Shown: positions 1 through 13,179 of the stretch, piece by piece
Position numbering within the stretch: position 1 is the first letter of the stretch
Layout: the number at the start of each line of letters is the position of its first letter
NCBI RefSeq assembly: GCF_004010195.1
Contig: NC_057720.1
Coordinates: 10,262,530 to 10,326,529, forward strand
Reading direction: 5' to 3'
Length of the DNA: 64,000 bases
From: Chiloscyllium plagiosum
Lineage: Eukaryota
The notes under the pieces: model-generated
The model's database searches: none
Told to the model about the DNA's origin: nothing
The model's input: only the letters and a program-made list of their open reading frames with translations
Program-made: the position numbers and the translations under genes

Positions 1-16
1 TCAGTGCTTGGGAGCC

Positions 17-123
17 TCCTGTGAAGCCAGGGGACGAAACGTTTGCAACAAAAACTTCCAGCTCGGCGAACAGAACCACAACAACGAGCACCCGAGCTAC
101 AAATCTTCGCACAAACTTTGAAC
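17..123 (+). mobile_element. Penelope-like element 3' end remnant
   Basis: ggggacgaaacgtttgcaac...ccagctcggcgaacagaaccacaacaacgagcacccgagctacaaatc resembles the terminal sequence of shark Penelope elements, with a partial hammerhead GAAACGT. Confidence 0.5.
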
Positions 124-659
124 TGTAGTTTCAGCTCAGAAACTTGTAACAGCAAATTCACCGAATAAAGAGAATTGAAAGCCATTAACCGTCTCTGTCT
201 CTCAATCCTGTTCGTGGTCTAACTAAAGAACCTCAACACTGTGGATATATTCTTAAATATGCACTGTGCATCCTGTAAAGAAACCATGCATTTGTAAGAG
301 TTTCTGTGTCACCATTGCATTCCATCTGATGAGACCATCGCCAACACCATGATGTGTAAAATCTCTCTCTTGAAGATCTGTTACCATCACTGGATGTTCA
401 ATTGCTGCATTACCCAACCTTCTGCATTCACCCTTGTTCCCCCCTCAAACAGTGCTCGGGTCCATCTCCCACTGCAGTTGGCGTCACTGTCATCGTCTGT
501 GATTTTCACAACTCCAAATGAACCCACCTTTAAACTCCTCAACTTTAAAGGGACATTTCACTCCATGGCAGCTGGTTCATGTTCCCACCATCGCATTGCT
601 TGCTTTTCTTATCCTCGCACCTTTACATCTGAGCATGTGCACACCCAACACTTCCAGAA

Positions 660-1275
660 TGTGACGATGCTGCGGCTTTAAGAAGTTATTTTCCCCTGAA
701 GTCTTTTGAAGAGAGGTTTTAAGGCAGGTTCTTAAGCCAGAACCACTGGAGTAAACAGCATGTGAAGGTGTTTGTTAAAGCTAACAATAGAAGCGACCTG
801 ACTGTGTGTGGTCCAGCTCTCACAGATCAAGGATTTTTCGTTAACGTTTTAGTTGCTGTTGTGGGCTTGAAGAAGTGGAAGCTATTTTTCTCTCTCTCAA
901 TTACAGCCAAAAGCTGGGTGTTCACTTCCGAGGTCGCTGGATTTCATGGGAGACATAATCTTTATTTTTCTGAATTTGTCTTTTGCCAAGGGTGTGGTTA
1001 TGGGATGTTCCTTTATTGGAACAGTCAATTAGTAATAGTTACTGCATCTATTACTCTGTTAAGCTTTCCAATCGAGTTGTTATTCCAATTCTTTCTTTCT
1101 TCAGTTGAATTTTAACTATAGTGGATTAATATATTGTACATTCCTTCACATATGGTAGCTGGATCAACCATTGCATGTGGAAGGCAATACTTACATTTAC
1201 CATTAAAATAAGAAAAACCTTAGGGTCGAAACTATCTTCTGAATATTTCAGGGGGCTTTGGTCTGATCCAAAACA
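660..1275 (+). mobile_element. Solo LTR-like repeat, copy 1
   Basis: TGT...ACA ends; aligns along its length with 27828-28435 (shared cttgaagaagtggaagctatttttctctct, tttgccaagggtgtg, catttaccattaaaataagaaaa). Confidence 0.65.
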
Positions 1276-2254
1276 AACAAGAAGTTTGTGGTTTGATGTA
1301 CTATTGTAACATTTGTATGAATGTTAAAATGATTTTTAAAATCCTAAATCTTGTGCTGATGTCAGGCAGATGTTTTAAAGTGAGCATCCTGGTATGTTTA
1401 TTGGGTGGATAAACCAGATTAGAAAGCCAGATTTCATCATTTGTTCCCTTTGATCTTCAAATTATGGATGCTTCTTACTCAACCATTGCATTACAATGTA
1501 AAGTCATAGGGAGAATTTCTTCACAGTCCATGACAGTATGACTCTTGAACTGATGAAGTCATTATTTTGTTGGAAATACAAGTGGTTGCAGGAAGATAAG
1601 AAAAAAAGAGCAGGAGTTGATCATATGGTTTGAATGGCCCACTCCACCATTCAAAACAATCATTGGCCTCAAATCCTCTTCTCTTTCCTCCCACTAGTGC
1701 CACAGCTTATTAGTTATAAATGTTGAACTCCAGCTTTACAGTAAAGTCAATTTTGTTGTTTTCAGGAATGCATTTAACTGTATTTGGGTTGAGATTGGAC
1801 AAGTCAAAATCACAGGATTGTCACAGTGCAGAAGAATACCATTCCACCCATTATGTTTGTGCAGCTCTCCAAATGAACATCATGACTGTGCCATCCCCTT
1901 GCCCTTTCACCATAACCCTGCACAACATTTTCAATCAATCTGATACCCTGTTGAATGTCTCAAATGGATCTGCCTTCAGCAAACTTCCAGGCAGGTCAAA
2001 ATAAGTCTGGAAATACTATTCAATAAGATCAAGATACATTAGGTTGCTACTACCTTAATTCCTTACAGTTGAAAGGTCAGACTGTTAGAACTAAAAACAT
2101 TTTTGAATATCTTTAATAACAATATATTGCATTGTAGCTACATCGTTTAAGAAGTAGCTTGTTCAATATTATAATTATCAATATCTAGGCTTTGTCAACA
2201 GATTTAATCTCATACATTCAATGAACAAAAACATCAGTACTGGAGTTTGAAATG

Positions 2255-2446
2255 AGTCAAAAAGCGTGGCACTGGAAAGACACAGCAGGTCAGGCAGGAT
2301 TCAAGGAGCAGGAGAGCCGATGTTTCAGGCATAAGCCTGGAATTCATGTTGAATTCTGCTCCGCGGATGCTGTCTGACCTGCAGTGTTTTGTTCGGTGCC
2401 ACACTTTTGACTCTGATTTCCAACATCTGCAGTCCTCATTTCCTCC
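2255..2446. mobile_element. Penelope-derived palindromic mini-insert
   Basis: Inverted arms; 12-bp TSD gagtttgaaatg at 2243-2254 and 2447-2458. Confidence 0.8.
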
Positions 2447-2587
2447 GAGTTTGAAATGGGTACCTGGCATAGTTGCAAGATTAAAGATGATACTGCTGTG
2501 AAGTTGGGTTAGTACTTGTGAATTAGGAGATGGGAAGTTTGAACTTGGTGGTTGTAAAATGCTGGGGGTTGGTGTTGGAGAAGCATT

Positions 2588-4647
2588 GCATGATCCCTTT
2601 AAAAGATTATGTACTTTTATCTGTGCTTAGAAATTTAAAATGGATGTCTGTGAACAACAGTTTGAAAGTTTGCAGATATATAGAGAGCACCTGAACTGAA
2701 ACATTTGTATGAAAAGGCTGTACAGTTCACAGGCCAAGCAGCAGCTTTTTTTTACTAAGACAACAGGCTTTTGAATTTCGTCAATAAATTTGAATAAGAT
2801 ACTTAGTTTTCAAAAACCCATTAGATTTAAACCTGATAGTTTTGACAACACAAGACTAATCTTATTGAAGAAATATTGAATTGTTATCAAGGGTATAACA
2901 AAAAGGGAGCAGTTGGACAAAGATCCCAGAGCAAGCTGCTATCCACCACAGCTAACGGCCCTCAGCTCTCAACAGAGAATCGCTGGCTCTCACACTTCCT
3001 CTATGTCTTAGAGAAAACACCAACCAGATAAAAACAATACCATGACACAACTAGTCAATACTCCTGACAGAAGAATTGATGGAAAAAGTACAGAACATTC
3101 CAAAGACACATAACCTGGCTGTAGTTTTGATAGACTTAATTCTATTTCAGTGAGCCTGACGTCGGTGATGGGCAAGTTGTTGGAGGGAATCCTGAGGGAC
3201 AGGATGTACATGTATTTGGAAAGGCAAGGACTAATTAGGGATAGTCAACATGGCTTTGTGCGTGGGAAATCATGTCTCACAAACTTGATTGGGTTTTTTG
3301 AGGAAGTAACAAAGAGTATTGATGAGGGCAGAGCAGTAGATGTGATCTATATGGACTTCAGTAAGGCGATCAACAAGGTTCCCATGGGAGACTGATTAGC
3401 AAGGTTAGATCTCACGGAATACAAGGAGAACTGGCCATTTGGATACAGAACTAACTCAAAGGTAGAAGACAGAGGGTGGTGGTGGAGAGTTGTTTTTCAC
3501 ACTGGAGGCCTGTGACCAGTGAGTGCCACAGGATCGGTGCTGGGCCCTCTACTTTTTGTCATTTACATAAATGATTTGGATGCGAGCATAAGAGGTCCAG
3601 TTAGTAAGTTTGCAGATGACACCAAAATTGGAGGTGTAGTGGACAGTGAAGAGGGTTACCTCAGATTACAAGAGGATCTTGACCAGATGGGCCAATGGGC
3701 TGAGAAGTGGCAGATGGAGTTTAATTCAGATAAATGCGAGGTGCTGCATTTTAGGAAAGCAAATCTTNNNNNNNNNNNNNNNNNNNNNNNNNNNNNNNNN
3801 NNNNNNNNNNNNNNNNNNNNNNNNNNNNNNNNNNNNNNNNNNNNNNNNNNNNNNNNNNNNNNNNNNNNNNNNNNNNNNNNNNNNNNNNNNNNNNNNNNNN
3901 NNNNNNNNNNNNNNNNNNNNNNNNNNNNNNNNNNNNNNNNNNNNNNNNNNNNNNNNNNNNNNNNNNATAGTGGTTTACAAAATTATGAGGGGCATGGATA
4001 GGATAAATAGACAAAGTCTTTTACCTGGGGTCGGGGAGTCCAGAACTATAGGGCATAGGTTTAGGGTGAGAGGGGAAAGATATAAAAGAGACCTAAGGGG
4101 CAACCTTTTCACACAGAGAGTGGTGTGTGTATGGAATGAGCTGCCAAAGGAAGTGGTGGAGGCTGGTACAATTGCAACATTTAAGAGGCATTTGTATGCG
4201 TATATAAATAGGAAGGGTTTGGAGGAATATAGGCTGGATGCTGGCAGGTGGGACTAGATTTGATTGGAATATCTGGTCGGCATGGACAGGTTGGACTAAA
4301 GGGTCTGTTTCCATGCTGAACATCTCTATGACTCCCTGACTCTAAGTGGGACCTGTATATATTGGAACAGCATACCATTAGAATCTTGCTTTATTCGGGA
4401 ACAGTTAGTAGCTGGAAGGGATTTATTCTGTTTGTTAGTAGTTTAGTTAATTTGTTCACTGTTAGAGTTTGATAAATAAACTATTTCTTGTGGTTTTGAA
4501 GTGAGTGTCAGGTATTTAACAACCAGAAGTTGCCGAAAGCAGGTTACACCACTTTTCACACCCGTTTTACAGATTATGCGGCGATGTGCTCTTCGTTGGG
4601 TATTCTGGTTTATTTCTCAGAGAGGTGTCCACCTCCACTTTATAACC
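2588..4647 (+). mobile_element. Possible LTR-like repeat split by the CR1 at 3149-4335
   Basis: AT-rich LTR-like composition with aataaa signals and an LTR-like 3' end; boundaries approximate. Confidence 0.35.
3149..4335 (+). mobile_element. 5'-truncated CR1 LINE (RT and 3' UTR; contains an assembly gap)
   Basis: SQHGFVRGKSCLTNL, GSVLGPLLFVIYIND, KFADDTK, FTQRVV; tail ctctatgactc; same subfamily as 43579-47562. Confidence 0.92.
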
Positions 4648-4944
4648 TTACAAATAATTTCACCATTCAAATGAAAGCATCACACATTAGGTTTCAAACC
4701 TACTATATATTTTTCACAAAAAACAGAGTAATTACATATTGTGATACATATTCAGGAATATAAAATCAAGGAAAGTTCTCTCCACCCACCCATCTACCCC
4801 CAAAGGAATGGCTGGAGAAACCCAACACGTCTGGCAGCATCTGTGGGAAGAAAGCAGAGTTAAAGTTTTGAGAGAAGTCTTTTCATGAAGAGTCACCAGA
4901 CTCTGTATTGTTCTTTGTTCTTTGAGTTCCTCAGGATTGTGTCC

Positions 4945-5835
4945 TAGGCCCAACCACCTTCAACTGCTGCTTCAATGACCTCTCCATCAGAAATAAGGAT
5001 ACTTGCCAATGATTGTACAATGTTCATTTGTGACTCCTCAGATGCTGAAGCAGCCCATGTTCAAATGCAACAAGATCTGGGGCAGACAATTGGCAAGCAA
5101 CATTCAAGCTCTAATAAAAGACATTCTAATTATCACACCATGATATTGAATATGTTACCTTCAACTGAATGACCCACTATTGACATCCTGGGGGGTGACC
5201 ATTGACCATAAACTCAATTATGCTCACCACAAATAATGCAATGATGACAAGAGCCAGTCAGAGGCTAGGAATACTGTGGCAAGTAATTCACCTCCTGACT
5301 CCCAAGATGTATCTACAAGGCACAAGTGCGGAATGTGATGGAATACTCTCCACTTGCTTGGGTACAGCTCACACAACACTCAAGAAGCTTGACACCATTC
5401 AGGACAAGTTAACTCACTTGATTGGCCCATATTCACAAGTATTCATTCCCTCCACCACCAATGCTCAGTACAGCAGCGTGCACTTTCTGCAAGATTCATT
5501 GTAGAAATTCACCAAAGATCCTTAGACAGCACCTTACAAACAGATGCATGTAGAAGCTCAAGAGCAGTAGATACATGGGAACACCACCATTTGATAGTTC
5601 CCCTCCAAGTCACTCACCATCCTAACGTGGAAATATATCGCTGCTCCTTCACTATTGCTGGGTCAAACTATATCACCATTCCTTCACTGCCATTAGGTCA
5701 CAATCCTGACATTCTTGGCCAGCAGCACTTTGTATATCCCGACAACCCAAGGATTCAGCAGTTCAAGAAGCCAATCAGGGATGGACAATAAATGCTGGCT
5801 TCGCCAACAACACACACATCCCATCAACAAATAAC
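4945..5835 (+). mobile_element. Degraded 3' part of the LINE family also seen at 42386-50168
   Basis: ANDCTMF (RT FADD remnant), KKLDTIQDK; tail ataaatgctggc...cacatccc; collinear with 49260-50165. Confidence 0.75.
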
Positions 5836-6670
5836 AAACAAAATGCAGCAGTGAGTTGGTCATGGCTCAGTGGTGGCAGAAAGCCTTCTGAGTCAATACT
5901 TTGAGATTGATCCCCAACTGGTCTTTACCAGACAGCAGACAGACATTCCAGTCTCTGAGCGCTGGGCTGGCATCCTGTGGGGTGTGCATGTCCAATGGGA
6001 ATGGAGTGACCCTGGTGGGCAGGCCATGCCTTTATTGTGTTGAAGTGTTTATATATGGTGCTCATGTGTAGCTGCCAAACTGAGAGGCACAAGTCAATGG
6101 AACTGCAATAAGCAACAAAAAGCATGAAATGTTCATTTAAAAAATAATCCATATTGTTTGCTGTGTAAAATTAAATCCTGGTGTGTCTTTGGCTGAATCA
6201 AGTGCCAAATACATCATGCTTGGCCAAGGACCACTCAGGCTCCAGCCTCTAATCACTGGGTGGGTGAGGGATACTCTATTCATTCCATTGAATCACTAAT
6301 TGTGAATATTCACATGTTCAAGCATTTATTAGCAGAAGCAGAGAGTTACATTCTGGTTGTTGAAAATCACTGTGTCTGATCAGGGTTCGGCGCACTCTCT
6401 TTTGAGATTGAGACCTTCCTGAAATCACAAATTTTCATCATACCTTAACCATGAGGTGTAAGAGAATATCTGTTTCTCACATCTGCTTGTAAGAGGTTTC
6501 CCATATTCTAACCACAAGGTCGAGGTCAATGACCTGTTTGTGACATATGCTCATGTCTACTTCGAACTGATTTTAACCACAGCGACAAGTTTCCTTTTCC
6601 TTAATATTTGCAAATTTAACCCTTGATATGCTGTAGCATAATTAGACAATTTGCAAGATACTCCGCAGTC

Positions 6671-6981
6671 GGCATCCTCGCTGTAGCTCAATGGTTATCA
6701 CTGCAGCCTCAGCACCAGGGATTCAGGTTTGATTCCAGCCTCGGGTTTTTGTCTGTGTGGAGTTTGTACATTCTCCCCATGTATGCGTGGGTTTTTTCTG
6801 GGTGCTCTGGATTCCTCCCACAGTCCAAAGATGTGCATGTTAGGTGGATTAGCAATGCTATACTGCCCCATAGATGTGTAGGTTAGGTGCATTAGCCATG
6901 CAAAATGTAGGGTTAAAGCAACAGAGTAGGGAGATGGGGTTGGGTAGGATGCTCTTTGCAGGATTAGTGTGGACTTGTTGG
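6671..6981 (+). mobile_element. HE1/V-SINE-like tRNA-derived SINE, split by a CR1 (remainder about 11361-11390)
   Basis: A/B-box head, central tgtgtggagtttgtacattctcccc...cctcccacagtccaaagatgtgca; tail continues aatggcctgtctccacattgt after the CR1. Confidence 0.85.
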
Positions 6982-6984
6982 TCT

Positions 6985-9900
6985 TTTTGCAGCAGAGAGC
7001 GGCAGGAGCTGGGCGGAAGTGAAGTCGGAGCGCAGAGGCTGTTGGGAAGGTGGGTGAGTGTTATTTAAGTAGGTGTGTTCTATGCCCCAGGTCCTATACA
7101 GTAGGGCCTCCTCTAATCTAAATTAAAAGTCCACAGACTTGCAACAAAACACAGGGGTCGAGGGTAATTTCTGTTGAGAAAAGAGCGAGTCTTTGGCTCA
7201 GGAGTCTTCGACAAAGAAGTTGAGAGAAGTGATTATGCCACAGTTGAAGAGGGTGAAGACATGACTGCCAAGCTGATTCAGTGTACTGCGTGCATGATGT
7301 GGGAGGTCAGGGACTCTGGTGTAGCTGGCTCGTATAACTGTGGAAAGTGTGTACACGTTCCGCTTCTGACAGAGCATATTGCAGCACTAAAGAAAGAACT
7401 AGATGACCTCAGGCTCATTTGAGAGAACGAGATCTTTCTGGACAGGACCTTCAGCGAGGTTATTACACCAAGCATACCAGAAGAGAGTAGAAGGGAGAAG
7501 ACGATGAGGAAGGCAGAGATGAGACAAGTGCAAGAGACCCTGAGGGAAGTACCTGTCAGGAACAGGTTGAATCTCTTGGAAACCATAGAGATAGACACTG
7601 CCAGTCTGAGAGGCGGTCAGGTCTGCCAATCAGAAATTGGCGTGGAGGCAGAGCCGAGGAGTCAGACATCACACGGAGTCGTGGTAATAGAGGACTCCAT
7701 AGTGAGAGGGACTGAAAGGGGTTTCTGCAGCAACAGACGGGATTTGAGGATGGTGTGTTGCCTTCCTGGTGCCAGGATTAAGGACATCACAGATAGAGTG
7801 CAGGAAATCCTCAAGGGCGAAGGTAAAGAGCCAGACGTGGTGGTGCATGTCGGCACAAATTACGTCGGGAAGAAGAGGAGGGACATTTTACAACAGGACT
7901 TCGGTGAACTCGGAAGAAGGCTGAAAAGCAGGACATCCAGGATGGTTATCTCTGGTTTGCTTCCAGTTCCTCGGGCTGGAGAGGACAGGAACAGGGAGAT
8001 AATGGACTTGAATGTGTGGCTGGGGAACTGGTGCAGAAAGCAAGGATTTAAATTCTTGGGATGACTGGGGTATGTTTAGCAGTAAGGATAAATTATACAA
8101 GAGTGACGGGTTGCACCTTAATAGGTGGGGGACCAGCATTCTGGCAGGTAGGTTTGCCACTGCAATACAGCTGTGTTTAAACTAAATAGCAGGGGGGGGA
8201 GGGGACAAACTGGAAGTTTAAGAAGGAAGTTAAAGGGAAAGTTAGAACAAGAGAAGTCAAGAAAGACAATGGAATCAATGGAGCAGAAAACTCAAAAAAG
8301 GATCATGCCGTAAGGTCAAGTGAGATAGGGATTGATAGGAAGGGTGAGAGCAGTAACAAATTAAAAATATTATATATGAATGCATGAAGCATTAGAAATG
8401 AGGTGGATGAGCTTGAGGCTCAGTTGGAAATTGGCAGTTACGATGTTGTGGGGATAACTGAGACGTGGCTTCAAGTGGACAGGGCCTGGGAAATGAATAT
8501 TCAAGGCTACACGTGCTATCGTAAGGACAGACTGATTGGCAGAGGATGTGGGGTGGCCCTGTTGGTAAGGAAGGATATTCAGTCCCTTGCGCGGGGGGAC
8601 CTAGAATCAGGGGATGTAGAATCAGTATGGATAGAGCTGAGAAATTCTAAGGGTAGAAAGACCCTAATGGGAGTTATCTACAGGGCCCCCAAACAGTAGC
8701 CTGGATGTAGTGTGTAAGTTGAATAAGGAGCTGAAATTGGCCTGTCGCAAAGATATTACTACAGTTGTTATGGGGGATTTCAACATGCAGGGAGACTGGG
8801 AGAATCAGGATGGTCCTGGACCCCAAGAAAGGGAGTTTGTGGAGTGCCTCCGAGATAGATTCTTAGAACAGCTTGTGCTGGAGCCTACCAGGGAGAAGGC
8901 AATTCAGGGTCTGGTGTTGTGCAACAAACTGGTGATCAGGGACCTTGAAGTAATGAGCTATTAGGAGGTAGTGACCACAATACAATAAGCTTTAATCTGC
9001 AGTTTGAAAGGGAGAGGGTAGAATCGGAAGTGACAATCTTTCAGTTGAATAAGGGGAACTATGGAGCTATGAGGGAGGAGCTGGCCAAAGTTCAATGGTT
9101 CAATACCCTAGCAGGGATGGCAGTGGAACAACATACTTCTGGGTATAATGCAGAAGATGCAGGATCAGTTCATTCCAAAAAGGAAGAAAGAACCTAAGGG
9201 GAAGCAGGGGTGGCTGTGGCTGATGAGGGAAGTTAAGGATCATATAAAGACAAAAGGGAAAAAGTATAACATAGCAAAGATGAGTGGGAAATTGGAGGAC
9301 TGGGAAATTTTTAAAGAACAGAGGATAACTGAAAAGGAAATACACAAAGAAAAAATAAGATATGAAGGTAAACTGACCAAAAATATAAAGGAGGATAATA
9401 AAAGCTTTTTTAGGTATGTGAAAGGGAAAAAATGGTTAAGACAAAAATTGGGCCCTTGAAGACAGAAACAGGGGAATACCCTAGTAGGGATGGGGTATTA
9501 CGGGGAACAAAGAAATGGCAGAAGAGTTGAATTGGTACTTTAGATCTGTCTTCACTGGGGAAGTCACAAGCAATCTCCCAGACGTAATAGTGGCTAAAGG
9601 ACCTGAACTGAAGGGAATTTATATTAGGCAGGAAATGGTGTTGGAGAGACTGTTAGGTCTGAAGGCTGATAAGTCCCCGGGACCTGATGGTCTGCATCCC
9701 AGGGTACTGAAGGAGGTGGCTCTAGAAATCGTGGATGCGTTGGTGATCATTTTCCAAAGTTCTATAGATCCAGGATCAGTTCCTGTGGATTGGAAGGTGG
9801 CTAATGTTGTCTCACTTTTTAAGAAAGGAGGGAGAGAGAAAGCTGAGAATTATAGACCAGTTAGTCTGACCTCAATGGTGGGAAAAATGCTGGAGTCAAT

Positions 9901-11360
9901 TATAAAGGATGAAATTACGACACATCTGGATAGCAGTAACAGGATAGGTCAGAGTCAGCATGGATTTATGAAGGGAAATCATGCTGGACTAATTTTCTGG
10001 AATTTTTTGAGGATGTAACTCTGAAGATGGACAAGGGAGATCCAGTGGATGCAGTATACATGCACTTTCAGAAAGCCTTTGATAAAGTCCCACATAGGAG
10101 GTTAGTGAGCAATATTAGGGCACATGGTATTAGGGGCAAAATACTGACATGGATTGAAAATTGGTTGGCTGACAGGAAACAAGGAGTAGTAATAAACGGC
10201 TCCCTTTCGGAATGGCAGGCAGTGACCAGTGGTGTGCCGCAGGGATCAGTGCTGGGACCGCAGCTTTTTACAATGTACATTAATGATATAGATGAAGGTA
10301 TTAAAAGTAATATTAGCAAATTTGCTGATGACACAAAGCTGGGTGGCAGGGTGAAATGTGAGGCGGATGTTAGGAGAATACAGGGTGACCTGGACAGCCT
10401 AGGTGAGTGGACGGATGCATGGTAGATGCAGTTTAATGTGGGTAAATGTGTGGTTATCCACTTTGGTGGCAAGAACAGGAAGGTAGATTACTACCTAAAT
10501 GGAATCAAGTTAGGTAAAGGGACAGTACAACGATATTTAGGTGTTCTTGTACATCCTGAAGAAGGCTTCCTGAAGAAGGGCTCATGCCCGAAATGTCGAT
10601 TCTCCTGCTCCTTGGATGCTGCCTGTCCTGCTGTGCTTTTCCAGCAACACATTTTCAGTTCTTATACATTAGTCAATGAAAGCAAGCATGCAGGTACAGC
10701 AGGCAGTGAAGAAAACTAATAACATGCTGGCCTTCATAACAAGAGGAATTGAGTATAGAAGCAAAGAGGTCCTTCTGCAGCTGTACAGGGCCCTGGTGAA
10801 ACCACACCTGGAATATTGTGCACAGTTTTAGTCTCCAAATTTGAGGAAAGACATTCTGGCTATTGAGGGAGTGCAGCGTAGATTCACGAGGTCAATTTCC
10901 GGAATGGCGGGACTATCTTATGTTGAAAGATTGGAGTGACTGGGCTTGCATACACTTGAGTTTAGAAGGCTGAGAGGGGATCTGATTGAGATGTATAAGA
11001 TTATTAAAGGATTGGACACTCTGGAGGCAGGAAGCATGTTTCCGCTGATGGGTGAGTCCCGAACCAGAGGACACAGCTTAAAAATAAGTGGTAGGCCATT
11101 TAAGATAGAGATGAGGAGAAACCTCTTCACTCAGAGAGTGGTGGGTGTGTGGAATGCTCTGCCCCAGAAGGCTGTGGAAGCCAAGTCTCTGGATACTTTC
11201 AAGAAAGAGTTGGATAAAGCTCTTAAGGATAGTGGAATCAAGGGTTATGGGGATAAGGCAGGAACAGGATACTGATTGAGGATGATCAGCCATGGTCATA
11301 ATGAATGGTGGTGCTGGCTCGAAGGGCAGAATGGCCTACTCCTGCACCTATTGTCTATTG
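6985..11360 (+). mobile_element. Near full-length, disrupted CR1 LINE: ORF1 (Cys finger, coiled coil, SGNH esterase) and ORF2 (APE endonuclease, RT)
   Basis: ORF1 from about 7261: CTAC..CGKC, DSIVRG, VHVGTN. ORF2: VGITETWL, MGDFN, KSPGPDG, NYRPVSLTS, GVPQGSVLGP, KFADDTK. Tail cctattgtctattg. Many stops and frameshifts. Confidence 0.95.
10555..10657 (+). mobile_element. Penelope-derived mini-insert with hammerhead-like core, inside CR1
   Basis: ctgaagaagggctcatgcccgaaatgtc; TSD gttcttgtacat/gttcttatacat. Confidence 0.82.
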
Positions 11361-11602
11361 AATGGCCTGTCTCCACATTGTGAGGAGGATTCAGTTGCAA
11401 TAGAATTGAGATCTATCATTGTATCTTGACTATCTTCATGTTAAGAAACATTGAGTCAGTCAATAACATATGAACACCATACACAAGCTGCAACTTTGAA
11501 CAATGAAGCACGATGAGGTTGTGGTCTGTTCGCTGGGATTGCTCTAGTCCCATTTGACATTTGCACTCCGCTGGATGCCAGCCCAGCATTCAGAGACTGG
11601 AA

Positions 11603-12690
11603 TGCTTCATTGCTCAGACCTTTGAGTATCGGAGTTGGGATGTCATGCTGAGGTTGTACAGGATGTTGTGAGGCCTCTTCTGGAATATTGCGCCCAGTTT
11701 TGGTTGCCCTGTTATGGGGAAAATGTTATTAAATTGAAGAGGCTTCAGAAAATATATACCAGGATGTTACCAGGAATGGAGGGTTTGAGTCATAAAAATA
11801 GGCTGATTAGGCAGGATATTTTGCACTGGAGCATAGGAGGATGAGGGGTGACCATATTATAAAGTTTCATAAAATCATAAGGGTATAGATCATATAACTG
11901 ACAGGTGCCTTTTCCCTAGGTTGGGGAGTCCAACACTAGGGGGCATATTTTCAAGGTGAGAGAAGAAAGATGGTTCATGTGCAGAATGAACTTCCAGAGG
12001 AAGTGGTGGATGCGGGTATAGTTATGACCCTTACCCCTCCAAACATTTCCTATTCATGTACTTATCCAATGTCTTTTAAATGTTTTAACTCTACCTGCAT
12101 CCACCACTTCATCTGGCAGGTCATTCCACACACAGACCACTCTCTGTGTAAAAAAGTTGTCTCTCATGTTCTTTTTAAGTCTTTCTCCTCTTGGCTTAAA
12201 AATATGTCCCCTGGTTTTAAACTACCTCACCTGAGGGAAAAGTCCCTGGCTATTCATCTTTTCAATGGCCCTCATGATTTTTTTATAAACCCAATAAGAT
12301 CACCCCAATAAAATGCTCCAGTGATGAAAGTCCCAATTTTTCCAGTCTATTTTTATACCTCAAACCCTCCATTCCTGGCAACATCCTGGTAAATCTTTTC
12401 TCAACCCCCTCTAGCTGAATAATATCTTTCCTAGAACAAGGTGACCAAATACGAAGGGCTTATGCCCGAAGCGTCGATTCTCCTGTTCCCTGGATGCTGC
12501 CTGACCTGCTGCGCTTTTCCAGCAACACATTTTCAGACCAAATACTGGACAGAGTACTCCAGAAGTGGCCTCACCAACCTCAACATGATGTCCCAACTCC
12601 TCTGCTCAAAGGTCTGAGCAATGAAGGCAAGTGCACTAAACGCCTTCTGAACCACCTTGTCTGTCTGTGATACAAATTTCAAAGAACGTC
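11603..12690. mobile_element. Two tail-to-tail CR1 3' fragments (+ 11603-12025, - 12026-12690)
   Basis: RPLLEYCAQFW on +; the reverse complement of the same segment follows. Confidence 0.8.
12453..12535 (+). mobile_element. Penelope-derived mini-insert
   Basis: gaagggcttatgcccgaagcgtcgattc...; 10-bp TSD gaccaaatac. Confidence 0.82.
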
Positions 12691-12965
12691 TTCAGAACAT
12701 CTTCTTCCAAATGGCCTGCTTACACACTCTAGGCATGTTGTGATTCTATAAACACCTCTCTTCATGCTCCATCACCATTTAAATGAATAAAAACTTATTG
12801 TTCATCCACAAACCAGTTTGAAAGTTGTTCCCAAAAAACACAGTTTCCAATGTCGAAAAATGTCCGAAAGAGAGGACACTTTGCTCTATGCAGTACTAAA
12901 TTTCAGAGTAGTTGAAAATGGAAAATTTTGGTTAACACCCTCCGATTATCAGTTTGTCTAAGTTA

Positions 12966-13179
12966 GGTAAAAACAATTACTGTAGATGCTGGAAACCCTA
13001 TTTTGGATTAGAAGTGCTGGAAGAGCACAGCAGTTCAGGCAGCATCTGAGGAGCAGCAAAATCGATGTTTCGGGCAAAAGCCCTTCATCCTGATGAAGGG
13101 CTTTTGCCCGAAACATTAATTTTGCTGCTCCTCGGATGCTGCCTGAACTGCTGGTGCTCTTCCAGCACCTCTAATCCAA
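12966..13179. mobile_element. Penelope-derived palindromic insert with hammerhead-like cores, about 380 bp upstream of the CLCA ATG
   Basis: About 90-bp inverted arms centred near 13089; ctgatgaagggcttttgcccgaaac; 15-bp TSD agtttgtctaagtta (12951-12965, 13180-13194). Confidence 0.88.

Noticed and set aside
349..681. 110-aa ORF with a near-identical partner at 59032-59316, suggesting a small gene family
   Set aside because: The similarity is explained by DNA duplication; starts and stops differ, there is no recognisable domain, and the third copy is truncated.
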